From the NCBI GenBank assembly GCA_044222185.1, contig JBGANV010000008.1, positions 1 through 64,000 on the forward strand: 64,000 nt of DNA. The letters run 5' to 3'. The notes beneath the pieces were generated by a model. It was not told where the DNA came from. It did not search any database and worked only from the letters and a program-made list of their open reading frames with translations. Of the stretch, positions 40,727 to 50,727 are shown in pieces. The position numbers were made by a program, and so were the translations under genes. The stretch is from Planctomycetota bacterium. GTDB taxonomy: Bacteria > Planctomycetota > GCA-002687715 > CAIWVZ01. How positions within the stretch are numbered: the first letter of the stretch is position 1; each line of letters begins with the position of its first letter.

Positions 40727-42295
40727 ATGTTGAGAAGCACCACGATCTTCGTCCTCGGGTTCGCGATCGTGTCCGCGATCGTGCCGGCGCAGGCCGGGAA
40801 CGGTGGAAACGGCGACCTGGAGCCATCACCGATGGCGGTGGGGGCCAACTTCAACCTCAAGATCACGGGCGGCGCCGGGCAGTCCTGGGCGCTCTTCCTC
40901 TCGGACAACCCGGGCGTGTTCCCGATCCCCGGCGTTGGCACGGTCTGGATCGACGTCCTCTCACCGGCATTCGGCCAGCTCGCGAGCGGTGTGCTCCCGG
41001 CGCCGGGCAACTTCACCCTGACGGCAGCGATTCCAAACAACCCGGCCTTCCTGAACCTCGTGCTTTACACGCAGGCCGTCGTCACGGACCCGACGCATCC
41101 GTCGGGCATCGCGCTGACGCGGGCCGTCCGGCTGGACTTCGAGAATCCGGACTCGTTCACCCCGCTCCCGCCCCTGGGTGGAGCGCGCGTCCTCGCGACG
41201 GCGGAGCTCCTCAAGGACGGTCGCGTGATCGTTTGCGGCGGCGGTGGCGGGACGATCACCAACCCGACAGGCGGCAACTCGACCGAGATCTACGAGCCGT
41301 ACTCGCGAAGCTGGAGCGCAGGCCCGAACATGACGACGGCGCGCGGCTTCCACACGAGCGTGGCGCTGAATGACGGCCGCGTCCTCATCTGCGGTGGCGG
41401 GACGGCTTCCGGCGTGACCACGTCGTGCGAGATCTATGACCCGGCGACGAACACGTTCTCGATCGCGGCGTCCATGGGCACGCCACGCGGCGCTCACGCA
41501 GCCACGTTGCTGAACGACGGCCGCGTGCTGGTGACCGGCGGCACGACGAACTTCACGCAGGCCCCAGGGTCGACCACTCCCCTCGGCGACATCCTGAACG
41601 CGTCCGTGAACACGGGCGAGGTCTACGACCCGGTCGCGAACACCTGGACGCCGGTTTCCAACACCATGGCGTCCAAGCGGTGGGGTCACACCCAGACGCT
41701 GCTGAACGACGGCCGTGTCGTCTGCATCTCCGGGTTGAACGGGACCGGCACGCTGCTCGGCGTCGAAGTGCCGGCGTGGACGAACACGTCGAGCATCTAC
41801 AACCCGGCGACGAACGCATTCACCGCCGGACCGACGATCGCGACCATGCGGACGCTGCATCGTGCGACACGCATGCCGAACGGTGAGGTGTTCGTCAGCG
41901 GTGGATTCTCGCCCACTCTGCTCTTCGGCGTCGTGATCGGTGTCGTGTCGACGAACAGCTGCGTGAAGCTCAATTCGACGGCGACGACGTTCACCAATGC
42001 GGGGACGATGGCGGCAGGAGCCCTCGCTCACGGGCAGGTCCTGTTGAAGAACGGCAACTGCCATCTGAGCGGTGGTTCGACGATCGCGCTCGCAGGCACG
42101 ACGTTGTCGATCAGCGCCGTCGATGGGTGCGCGGTTCGTGCGGGCGGCGCCACGGCGCTGACACCGACGGCATCACTCCCCGCGGCCCGCGGAACGCACT
42201 TCGCCGTGCGTCTGTGGGACGGCAGTGTCCTCATCGGCGGCGGAGCCGACGCGGCCTCGAACGGCGACCCGAGCGTCCTTCTCTACACGCCCTGA
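40727..42295 (+). CDS. Exported Kelch-repeat (galactose-oxidase-like propeller) protein with N-terminal ~110 aa module
   Basis: AAGGAG RBS, signal peptide, repeated R..H....L.DGRV...GG and E.YDP..N.W/F. Confidence 0.87.
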   Translation: MLRSTTIFVLGFAIVSAIVPAQAGNGGNGDLEPSPMAVGANFNLKITGGAGQSWALFLSDNPGVFPIPGVGTVWIDVLSPAFGQLASGVLPAPGNFTLTAAIPNNPAFLNLVLYTQAVVTDPTHPSGIALTRAVRLDFENPDSFTPLPPLGGARVLATAELLKDGRVIVCGGGGGTITNPTGGNSTEIYEPYSRSWSAGPNMTTARGFHTSVALNDGRVLICGGGTASGVTTSCEIYDPATNTFSIAASMGTPRGAHAATLLNDGRVLVTGGTTNFTQAPGSTTPLGDILNASVNTGEVYDPVANTWTPVSNTMASKRWGHTQTLLNDGRVVCISGLNGTGTLLGVEVPAWTNTSSIYNPATNAFTAGPTIATMRTLHRATRMPNGEVFVSGGFSPTLLFGVVIGVVSTNSCVKLNSTATTFTNAGTMAAGALAHGQVLLKNGNCHLSGGSTIALAGTTLSISAVDGCAVRAGGATALTPTASLPAARGTHFAVRLWDGSVLIGGGADAASNGDPSVLLYTP

Positions 42296-42314
42296 TCGAC
42301 GAAGCAGCGCCGCG

Positions 42315-42629
42315 CCGCGCGAGACGCGCGGCGATCTGGCCGGGCCCCGCCGAGACGGCGGTGGCCACGGCGCTCCTCCCCGGCCCTCTCGAACGGCCAC
42401 GGAGCGACGCACGACCCGAGCGCAGCGAGGGCGTGCGGCAGGTTCGCCGGTCGACCGCAGCACAGCGAGGACGACCGGACCGGCTGATCTCGAACGGCCG
42501 CGGGCTTGGGATCACCACGAACCCGACGGTGATCTACGGCCGCACAGCGAGCGATGTACGCCGGACCGCGCGAGACGCGCGGCGATCTGGCCGGGCCCCG
42601 CCGAGACGGCGGTGGCCCGGCGCTCCTCC
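42315..42629 (-). repeat. Dispersed structured intergenic repeat, locus 3 (two ~65-bp units, 42315-42379 and 42566-42629)
   Basis: CCGCGCGAGACGCGCGGCGATCTGGCCGGGCCCCGCCGAGACGGCGGTGGCC(A)CGGCGCTCCTCC occurs twice, 251 bp apart. Confidence 0.88.
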
Positions 42630-42638
42630 GGCGGGCGG

Positions 42639-44900
42639 CTATCGCGATGGGCGCGTTTCGACGGGAGCGCTTGCGGGAGTTTCGCGCTCGTAGGCCGGAA
42701 GCTGAAGCAACTTCGGATCGAGCTTGCGCAACTCGGCGTCCAGCTTGGTGACGAGTTCGTCCCGCTTCGCCTCCCGCGCGCGGGCGAGGAGCATCTTGGC
42801 CGTATCCACCGGCGAGATGTTCAGTCCATCCAGCGTTGCCGCCGCCTCGGGTTTGCGGGCGAACGCTTTCAGCAACTCGTTCAACGCGCCGTCGAAGTCC
42901 TTCCGCTCGAGAGCGATCCGCGCCCGGCCACCGAACGCCAGAACGATCGACTCGTCGGCAGTGGGCCGCGCGTCGGGATTCGCCTCGATGTTCTTCTCGT
43001 AATGCGCGACGGCTCGCTCGTAGGCCGCGAGCGCCTGGTCCGTCTTCCCGGACCGGCGGTAGTACTCGGCCGCAAGAATCGACGCGTAGCCTGCGAACCA
43101 CTCCGTGTTCAACGGAGCATCGGGCTGCTTCAGCATCGCCTCGTAGGTCGGCTCCAATCCATCGACGCCCTTCTCGGCCAGAACCCGACAGCGCAGCCGA
43201 TTGTGAAGGACGCCCGAGTCTGGGAATCGTGCGAGGCCGTCGTCGAGGACGCGAGCCGCGGGGCCGTCGGCGCCGAGTGCCCTCAGGAAGTCGTAATGCG
43301 CGATCGTGGTGGCGTCGGTGGCGAACGGATGGCGCGCGATCACGGCGTAGGTCGCGTTCACGTCCGTCAACCATTGACCGGGCCACGTGGCCTTCTCCGC
43401 GACGGCCTTCTCGATGGCGCGCTGCCGCCCCTCGGCAAACAGCATGAGCACGGCGAGTGCCTGCGGGCTCTGGGAGTCGGCCGGCAGCGTGCCCATGGCC
43501 GCCTCGGCGCGCCTGTACGCATCGTTCCGGCGCATCGTCCGCGAAAGCGCCACGGCCATGGCGCCGTTCACGCGCCACCCCGACGCGCCACGCTTCTCCG
43601 CCTCGAGCGCCAGCTTCTCGGCGTCCAGGTAGAAGGCCTTCGCCGCCGGCCGATCCGTACCCGGCCGCTGGGCCTTGGAGATGCACGCTTCCGCCACGTC
43701 GAGCATGGCGTTGGTGTCGGTTCCGGCGAGCGCCGCATCGCGCGTCGCGACGCGCGCATCGACGGCGGCGTCCTCCATCTCGGCCGACACCGCGTCGCCT
43801 TCGCGAGGCCACCACGCCGGCAGCGCGCTGCGGGATGGGCGCGGAGGTGGGAGCGCCGCCGTCGCGGACGCCTCGTAGGCCTTCGACCACGCTTGCGTGT
43901 CGACGACCGTCGAGTTGTTGTCGAGCCCACGATGCACGACCGCGAGCGTCCGCGCCCGAGCCGACGTCTCACCGATGCGCTCCAGTGCCTTCACGAGGCC
44001 TTCGCGCTCGCCCGCATCCATGGGCACGCGCAACGCCTCCCGAATGAGTTCCACGGCTTCCTCGGAACCCGCCTTCGCCAGCGTCGCGCGGGCCGACTTG
44101 CTCGAATCCGCATCGAATCCCGAGATCGCCATGCGCAGCAGTCCCACGGGCGCGTTCGCGCCCTGGGTCGCCGCCGCGTCGAGCAGCGCCTTCCGCTGCG
44201 CTTGATCGCCCTGCTCGAACGCCACCTCGACGGCCGTGCGGTCCTGATTGTCCGGGCTCGCGACGCGCTCGACGATCGAGCGGTCACCTTTCACGACGGG
44301 AGGCGGCGGCGCCGGCCGATCCGCGATCCCCTTCTTCAGTGAATTGAAGATCGTGTCCGTGTCCCAGGCGTAGAAGACGTCGTACATCTCCTTGCCGTCG
44401 AGTTCGACGCCGATGTGTCGCGGCGCCACGCGCCGGCCGTCGAAGAACTTCTCGAAGAGGAACGGCTCGATGGCGATGTGCTCGCCGCACGTCACGCTCC
44501 CGAATCGCGGACACAACACGCGACGGCCCTGCTCGTCATGATCGCGCGGGGAGTGGCGATACACGGATGCGATGACGCACACGTACGGGTCGTACAGCCT
44601 GGCGATCTCCGGCTGGCGATACCTCACGCCGGCGTAGTGCTCACTGGCGATCTCGCCGTCCATGTTCACGCAGATGAGAATCGCCCGCCCCGTCTCCTTC
44701 GAAAGGGCGACGGCGTCGTCCCAGGTCCGCTGGAATTTCACGAGGCACGGCTTCTTCCAGTCCTCGGCTGTGGGCGCGAACCACATGGTTTCGCGGTTGA
44801 CCCGGGTCGCGGGCGCATCCTGCGCGATACCGAACGCCGAGGCGAGCGAAATCGCCAGCGGAAGAAGCACCGTGCATGCGCGTAGACGAAGTGAAGTCAT
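42639..44900 (-). CDS. Exported protein: N-terminal thioredoxin-like domain, then HEAT/TPR-like helical repeats
   Basis: Signal peptide; W..A...SK.TGR.IL..V thioredoxin-like start; Ala-rich TPR-like C-terminal half (AEYYRRSGK.DQAL.AY.RA). Confidence 0.7.
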   Translation of the reverse strand: MTSLRLRACTVLLPLAISLASAFGIAQDAPATRVNRETMWFAPTAEDWKKPCLVKFQRTWDDAVALSKETGRAILICVNMDGEIASEHYAGVRYRQPEIARLYDPYVCVIASVYRHSPRDHDEQGRRVLCPRFGSVTCGEHIAIEPFLFEKFFDGRRVAPRHIGVELDGKEMYDVFYAWDTDTIFNSLKKGIADRPAPPPPVVKGDRSIVERVASPDNQDRTAVEVAFEQGDQAQRKALLDAAATQGANAPVGLLRMAISGFDADSSKSARATLAKAGSEEAVELIREALRVPMDAGEREGLVKALERIGETSARARTLAVVHRGLDNNSTVVDTQAWSKAYEASATAALPPPRPSRSALPAWWPREGDAVSAEMEDAAVDARVATRDAALAGTDTNAMLDVAEACISKAQRPGTDRPAAKAFYLDAEKLALEAEKRGASGWRVNGAMAVALSRTMRRNDAYRRAEAAMGTLPADSQSPQALAVLMLFAEGRQRAIEKAVAEKATWPGQWLTDVNATYAVIARHPFATDATTIAHYDFLRALGADGPAARVLDDGLARFPDSGVLHNRLRCRVLAEKGVDGLEPTYEAMLKQPDAPLNTEWFAGYASILAAEYYRRSGKTDQALAAYERAVAHYEKNIEANPDARPTADESIVLAFGGRARIALERKDFDGALNELLKAFARKPEAAATLDGLNISPVDTAKMLLARAREAKRDELVTKLDAELRKLDPKLLQLPAYERETPASAPVETRPSR

Positions 44901-45088
44901 GGCCAGAAGTGTCCGGAGTTCGATGACGTGACGGATTGCCAAAGCCGGGCCCAGCGTATCGTGCGCGAAGGGGACCGGTAAAGTGGCAGAGTCGCCACCG
45001 GCGAACGGGTTTTCCGCCCGCAACGACGCCGAAGGGCCGTACGAAGCCGGTAAGATCCCGCTCCCCAACCACCAGGAGATCGAACATC

Positions 45089-46078
45089 GTGACCGACGCC
45101 CACGCCGTCGCCGACCGAATCAAACAGGAGAGCGCCTTCCTCAGGGAAGTCACCCGGGAAGTGGAAGGGGTGATCGTCGGCCAGAAACACCTGCTCGATG
45201 GCCTCCTGATGGGCCTGCTTGCCGACGGCCACGTCCTCCTGGAAGGCGTACCCGGTCTGGCCAAGTCCCTCGCCGTGCAATGCCTCGCGACGGCCCTCGG
45301 CGGGAGCTTCCGCCGGATCCAGTTCACACCGGACATCCTGCCGTCGGACCTGCTGGGTACGCACGTGTACAACCCGAAGACGGGCGATTGGACCGTTCGC
45401 GAGGGCCCCGTGTTCGCGAACTTCGTCCTGGCGGACGAGATCAACCGCGCGCCCGCGAAAGTGCAGTCCGCGCTCCTCGAAGCCATGCAGGAGCGCCAGG
45501 TGACGCTCGCGGGAGAGACGAGGGCCCTTCCCGAGCCGTTCCTCGTGCTCGCGACCCAGAATCCGGTCGAGCAGGAGGGCACCTACGCGCTGCCCGAGGC
45601 CCAGGTCGACCGATTCATGCTGAAGGTCGTCGTCGAGTATCCGGACAGGGCGGATGAGCGCAGGATCGTGGAACGCATGGCGACGAACACGGGGAAACCG
45701 CTGGCCCGCCGCGTGGCCTCGCCACAACAGATCGTCGCGGCGCGCAAGCTCATGGACTCGGTCTACGTGGACGAGAAGATCGTGAGCTACGTCGTCGATC
45801 TCGTCTTCGCGACGCGACGTCCCGACGAGGCGGGATTGAAGGACCTGAAGCCCCTGATCCTCTACGGGGCGTCGCCGCGGGCGTCGATCGCGCTCACGCA
45901 AGTCTCACGGGCCCGCGCATTCCTCGATGGACGGGAGTTCGTGACGCCGCAGGACGTGAAGGCCGTCGCCATGGACGTTCTGCGCCACCGCGTCATCACC
46001 ACCTACGAAGCGGAGGCCGAGGGGTTGACGTCGGTGCAGGTGATTCAACGCGTGCTCGACACGGTGCGCGTTCCCTGA
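45089..46078 (+). CDS. moxR: MoxR family AAA+ ATPase
   Basis: GHVLLEGVPGLAKS, RIQFTPD.LPSD, DEINRAPAKVQSALLEAMQE, ATQNP.EQEGTY.LPEAQ.DRF, GASPR. AGGAG RBS before GTG. Confidence 0.96.
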   Translation: MTDAHAVADRIKQESAFLREVTREVEGVIVGQKHLLDGLLMGLLADGHVLLEGVPGLAKSLAVQCLATALGGSFRRIQFTPDILPSDLLGTHVYNPKTGDWTVREGPVFANFVLADEINRAPAKVQSALLEAMQERQVTLAGETRALPEPFLVLATQNPVEQEGTYALPEAQVDRFMLKVVVEYPDRADERRIVERMATNTGKPLARRVASPQQIVAARKLMDSVYVDEKIVSYVVDLVFATRRPDEAGLKDLKPLILYGASPRASIALTQVSRARAFLDGREFVTPQDVKAVAMDVLRHRVITTYEAEAEGLTSVQVIQRVLDTVRVP

Positions 46079-46084
46079 TCGATC

Positions 46085-47002
46085 ATGACGGTCGAGGATC
46101 GCGAAGCCGAGCTGGCGGAGCTTCTGAAGGAGGTCCGCCGCATCGAGGTGCAGAGCCGCAGGCTCGTCGCCGACGTCATGGCGGGCGGCTACAGCTCCGT
46201 GTTTCGCGGCTCCGGCATCGAGTTCGACGACGTGCGCGAGTACGTCGAAGGCGACGATCCCCGATCCGTCGACTGGAACGTCACGGCGCGGGTCGGAAGA
46301 CCTTACGTCAAGAAGTACGTGGACGAGCGCGAGCTCACGGTGATGTTTCTCCTCGACGTGTCCGCGTCGATGACCGGCGGATTCGGGCTCTGGTCGGCAC
46401 GCCAGATGGCGGCCCGCATCTGCGCATGCCTCGCCCTGTCGGCCTTGCGCAACAACGACAAGGTGGGACTGATCGCCTTCAGCCGGCAGGTCGATCGATT
46501 CATCCCCGCGAAGAAAGGTCTGGGACACGTCCTGCGCATCGTCCGCGACTGCCTCGTGCTCCCGGGAAGCGATCTGCAGACCGACCTGGGACCGGCGCTC
46601 GAAGCGGCCGCGCGATCGCTGCGGCGGCGCTCGGTCCTCTTCCTCGTGTCGGATTTCTTCGCCGCGAACTGGCGCGAGCCGCTGAGCGTCTGCGCACGCA
46701 AGCACGACGTCATCGCCGTGCGCCTGCTTCCCCGTGAGCTGGCACCGCCGGAGGCGGGCCTCATGCGGCTGCGCGATCCGGAGACGGGACGCGTGCGATT
46801 GGTGGACTGGAGCGATGCGGCCACGAAGACGAACTACCTGGCCCGCGTCGCGAAGTGGCGCGCGGAGACGACGGACGCCATGCGGCGAGCGGGTGTCGAC
46901 GTGATGGACGTCCCACTCCCCCGCACGCACGATCGCGACTCCGTCGCCCGCCCGATCCTGCGTTTCTTCCGCATGCGCGAGCAACGCGGAGCCAAGCGAT
47001 GA
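46085..47002 (+). CDS. DUF58 family protein
   Basis: G.Y.S.FRG.GIEF..VREY..GDD.R..DWNVTAR, DVSASM, SDFF. Confidence 0.94.
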   Translation: MTVEDREAELAELLKEVRRIEVQSRRLVADVMAGGYSSVFRGSGIEFDDVREYVEGDDPRSVDWNVTARVGRPYVKKYVDERELTVMFLLDVSASMTGGFGLWSARQMAARICACLALSALRNNDKVGLIAFSRQVDRFIPAKKGLGHVLRIVRDCLVLPGSDLQTDLGPALEAAARSLRRRSVLFLVSDFFAANWREPLSVCARKHDVIAVRLLPRELAPPEAGLMRLRDPETGRVRLVDWSDAATKTNYLARVAKWRAETTDAMRRAGVDVMDVPLPRTHDRDSVARPILRFFRMREQRGAKR

Positions 47003-47940
47003 GTTGGCGCTCACTCCTCGCGATCGCGGCTTTGACCCTCGCGGCATGCGGCGGCGGCACACCGATCGCGACCGACGATCTGTCCGTCCGCATCGTCACC
47101 GGCCAGACCGACGTGGAGTTCGGGGTGGGCTTCCCCCTCACCGTCGTTCGGTCGTGGCGGACGACGCTCGAACCCGCGCCGTGGGACGACGCCACGCTCG
47201 ACCCGCTGACGACGCGCCTCGTGGAAGTCTCGCACCGCGAATCGGGCGACCACGCCGAGGAGACGCGACGCTACGAATGCCATGCGTTCGTCCGCGATCT
47301 CGTGGTTCTGAAGCCTCGCTCGTTTTCCGCACGGTCGAAGTCGGGGTCGCAGACCCGCGAAACCACGTCCAACGAGATCCGGCTGAACGTCCGGTCGTCA
47401 CTCCCACCCGGCGCGCCGGGTGAGATCGAGCTTCCGTCGGGCCTGATGGCGGAGCGCTCACCGTGGACTCGCGGACTGCTCGCCGGCATCGCCGGCGTTT
47501 GCGCTCTGGGATTCGTGGCGTGGACGGTCCGGCGCCGCCAGAAACCACCGCCCGCGGCCGTCGCGCCCGTCGGGCCTACGCCGGAGGATCGGGCCCGCTC
47601 CCGGCTCCTCCAGCTGCGGACGCACGTGACCGCGACGCGCGAGGACGTACAGGCATTCACCATCGAGGTGTCATCCCTCGTTCGGGACTTCGTGGAAGAA
47701 CGCTTCCACGTCCGCGCCCTCGAGATGACGACGCAGGAGTTCCTCTCCTCGCCCGCGACGGCCCGGGTGCTCGGCGCGCCGCAACGAACCCTCCTCGGCG
47801 AGTTCCTCGCGCTCTGCGACCGCATCAAGTTCGGCCGTCACCTTCCGGGAGACACCGAGCGCAGTCGGCTCCTCGATTCGGCGGAGACGTTCCTGAACGA
47901 CGCGGCCTCGGCGGCGGGGACGGAGGGCCCACGCGCGTGA
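46999..47940 (+). CDS. Lipoprotein with TM helix and C-terminal helical domain (bat-operon-associated hypothetical)
   Basis: LAAC lipobox, internal TM helix, R...E.RF...ALEMTT.E..L..CD.IKF. ATGA overlap with DUF58. Confidence 0.75.
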   Translation: MSWRSLLAIAALTLAACGGGTPIATDDLSVRIVTGQTDVEFGVGFPLTVVRSWRTTLEPAPWDDATLDPLTTRLVEVSHRESGDHAEETRRYECHAFVRDLVVLKPRSFSARSKSGSQTRETTSNEIRLNVRSSLPPGAPGEIELPSGLMAERSPWTRGLLAGIAGVCALGFVAWTVRRRQKPPPAAVAPVGPTPEDRARSRLLQLRTHVTATREDVQAFTIEVSSLVRDFVEERFHVRALEMTTQEFLSSPATARVLGAPQRTLLGEFLALCDRIKFGRHLPGDTERSRLLDSAETFLNDAASAAGTEGPRA

Positions 47941-48938
47941 ACGCCTTCCTCGAATCCCACACGGGTTTGTTCCTGCTGGATCCGTGGCTGCTCGCCACGC
48001 TCGCGGGGCTCGTCGTCGTGTGGCTCGTGCGGCGACGGCGTCCCCCGCCAAGCATGATCTTCGGGCCGTTCGATCGGATCGACGCATCGGCCCATGGTGG
48101 TTGGCGCGTGCGGCTCGCGGGATTGCCCATGGTTCTGCGAGTGCTGGGCCTCGGCGCCCTCGGCATCGCCCTCGCACGCCCCGTGCACCGCGATCGGCTC
48201 CCTCTCGAAACCCGCGGCATCGACATCGCGCTGTGCCTCGACCTGTCGTCGTCCATGACGGCGACGGACATGGACGCTCAGCGCTCGCGCCTTTCGGTCG
48301 CGAAGGACGCGGCGGCCGAGTTCATCGCCGGCCGTCCGAACGATCGCATCGCACTCGTGGGGTTTGCGCGGTTCCCAGACGTGCGCTGCCCGTTCACCCT
48401 GGATCACGTGGCCTTGGGGAGGATCCTGGGGCAACTCGACACCGTCGCCAGCGATGGCCCGGAGGACGCGACCGGGATCGGCACGGCCGTGGCGCTTGCC
48501 GCGCGCATTCTCCGCCCGAGTACGGCGCGCTCGAAGATCGTCATCGTCTTCACGGACGGCGAGGAGAACGTGGCGACGGCGCAGACTCCCGACGAGATCG
48601 CGCCGCTCCACGCCGGCCAGCTCTGCAAGGACTTGGGCATCCGCGTCTACTCGATCGCCGCCGGCATCGGCGCCCGTGACGCCGCAGGCGCCATCCGCAA
48701 GCTCGACGTCAGTCAGATCCGATCGCTCTCGGCGATCACGAACGGGCACTTCTACGAGGCGCGCGACGCGGGGGCGCTCGCCGCCGTCTACGCCGAGATC
48801 GACCAGCTCGAAAAGGACGAGGTCCAGGAGCCGCGATATCGGATCCGGGAGACGTTCGTGCCGTTCGTCGCGATCGGCATCCTGCTCCTCGTGCTCGGGC
48901 GTCTGCTCGGCTCCACGATCCTCGAGGTGATCCCGTGA
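47937..48938 (+). CDS. batA: BatA-like VWA domain protein
   Basis: N-terminal TM, ALARP, MIDAS DLSSSM, DRIALVGF, TGIG, TDGE, C-terminal TM. GTGA overlap. Confidence 0.85.
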   Translation: MNAFLESHTGLFLLDPWLLATLAGLVVVWLVRRRRPPPSMIFGPFDRIDASAHGGWRVRLAGLPMVLRVLGLGALGIALARPVHRDRLPLETRGIDIALCLDLSSSMTATDMDAQRSRLSVAKDAAAEFIAGRPNDRIALVGFARFPDVRCPFTLDHVALGRILGQLDTVASDGPEDATGIGTAVALAARILRPSTARSKIVIVFTDGEENVATAQTPDEIAPLHAGQLCKDLGIRVYSIAAGIGARDAAGAIRKLDVSQIRSLSAITNGHFYEARDAGALAAVYAEIDQLEKDEVQEPRYRIRETFVPFVAIGILLLVLGRLLGSTILEVIP

Positions 48939-49942
48939 GCCTCGGCGACGTGTTCGCGTGGCCGGAGGCGCTGCCGATCCTCTTGGCGCCGCCTGCCACA
49001 TGGTTGCTCTTCGCATGGCTCGATCGCCGCTCCGCCGCACGGTTTGGCGACGTGGCGGGAGCTCGAGGCCCGGCGCTCGCGCGGGAACTCGATCGCGATC
49101 GGCGACGGGGACGCAACGTCGTCTTCGCAGCAGGCCTCGCGTTCGCGGGGATCGCCCTGTTGCAGCCGCTCTTCGGAGTCGGCGGGCATCCCGTCGAACA
49201 GCGCGGTGTGGACATCCTCGTGTGTCTCGACGTGTCCAGGTCCATGCTCGCGCGCGATCTCGCGCCCAGCCGGCTTGCGGCCGCGCAGCGAGAGATCCGC
49301 GCGCTCGCCGAACGTGCCCGCGGCGATCGCCTCGGCCTCGTCGCCTTCGCGGGTGCCGCGCGAGTCCTCGTCCCGCTGACCCAGGACGGCGACTCGTTCG
49401 CCGCGCTCGCGGATCTCGCCGATCCCCTCTCCGTACCGCGGGGCGGCACGGATCTCGGCGCCGCGCTGCGCCTCGCGAGCGACGTCTTCTCCGACACGTC
49501 GGGAGAACACGAGGCCGTCATCCTCATCACGGACGGCGATGATCCGGATCAGCGCGGACTCCGCATGGCGGAGACGCTCCGGGGGCGCGGGATCACAGTG
49601 CACTGCGTGGGCGTGGGCTCGCCCGCAGGCAGCAAGATCACGATCGACGGACCGTCGGGCGAAGCGTTCTTGAAGGACGCCGCGGGCAACGACGTGGTTT
49701 CCGCCATGGATCCGGCGGCGCTCCGCAGGATCGCCGAGACGACGCAGGGGAGTTTCGTCGACGCGAACACCCTCCCCAGGCCCCTCGTCAGCCTCTACGA
49801 AGACCGCATCGTGCCCATGGCACGCAAGGCGTTCGCCGGGGGCCCGGGCCACGAGCGCGACAATCGCTTCCAGTGGCCCTTGCTCCTGGCGTTGCTCCTC
49901 TGGATGTTGGAGACGGCATGGACCGACCGACGCACGTCTTGA
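48935..49942 (+). CDS. batB: BatB-like VWA domain protein
   Basis: DVSRSM.A.D..PSRL, DRLGLVAFAG.A...PLT.D, GTDLG, ITDG, FQWPL. Confidence 0.88.
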   Translation: MSLGDVFAWPEALPILLAPPATWLLFAWLDRRSAARFGDVAGARGPALARELDRDRRRGRNVVFAAGLAFAGIALLQPLFGVGGHPVEQRGVDILVCLDVSRSMLARDLAPSRLAAAQREIRALAERARGDRLGLVAFAGAARVLVPLTQDGDSFAALADLADPLSVPRGGTDLGAALRLASDVFSDTSGEHEAVILITDGDDPDQRGLRMAETLRGRGITVHCVGVGSPAGSKITIDGPSGEAFLKDAAGNDVVSAMDPAALRRIAETTQGSFVDANTLPRPLVSLYEDRIVPMARKAFAGGPGHERDNRFQWPLLLALLLWMLETAWTDRRTS

Positions 49943-50727
49943 GCGCCCTCGCTTTCGTCTTGCTCGCCGCGAACGGCGGTGACGGGGCCGATGCAGCGCG
50001 TCGCGCCTACGCCGACGGTCGCTTCGCCGACGCGGCAAAGGCGTTCGCCGCTGCGGAATCAGCGGCCGGCGATGGGGCGTCGCCCGAACTGCTGTTCAAC
50101 CACGCGCTCGCAGCACTGCGTGCCGAGCACCTGACGGAAGCGGAGGCCGCGGCAGAGAAGGCGGCCGCCCGCGGCGGGCCAGAGTTCGCGGGCCTCTCGG
50201 ACTTCATCGCGGGCAGCACGGCGTTCGCACGCTGCTTGAAGGCCGAGTACGGCGCGGACATGCCGGAAGCGGGGCCCTCCGAGATGGACACGGCGATCGC
50301 CTACGCTGATTCGGCACGCAAGAGCTGGGAGCGCGCCGCCACGAGCCGCACCGACTGGCCCGAAGCGCGACGCAACGCCGAGCGCGCCCAGCGGAAACTC
50401 GAGTTGCTCCGGATGAAGAAATCGGAGGCCGACAAGAAGCGCGGCCCCGACAAGAAGCTCGGACAGAAACAGGTGAACCCACGCCCCGTGCCGACGCAAC
50501 CCGACCCCAACACGCCACGCGAAGACAAATCGGATCTCATGAAGCCTCCGACGCCGAAGGGCGACGGCTCGCGCAACGACGCGAAGACCGAGGCGCAGAC
50601 GACGGCGCTCTCGCCCATCCAGGTGAAGTCGCTCCTCGAACGTCTCGAAGCGAAGGAAAAGCAGAAGGTCGTCCTGCGTCGCGCCGAGCGTGACGCCCGC
50701 GCGACGTCCACGGAGCGCGACTGGTGA
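49918..50727 (+). CDS. BatC-like TPR protein
   Basis: TPR helices, AR.NAE.A, low-complexity linker, terminal LL..L...E..RDW. An alternative TTG start lies at 49939. Confidence 0.78.
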   Translation: MDRPTHVLSALAFVLLAANGGDGADAARRAYADGRFADAAKAFAAAESAAGDGASPELLFNHALAALRAEHLTEAEAAAEKAAARGGPEFAGLSDFIAGSTAFARCLKAEYGADMPEAGPSEMDTAIAYADSARKSWERAATSRTDWPEARRNAERAQRKLELLRMKKSEADKKRGPDKKLGQKQVNPRPVPTQPDPNTPREDKSDLMKPPTPKGDGSRNDAKTEAQTTALSPIQVKSLLERLEAKEKQKVVLRRAERDARATSTERDW

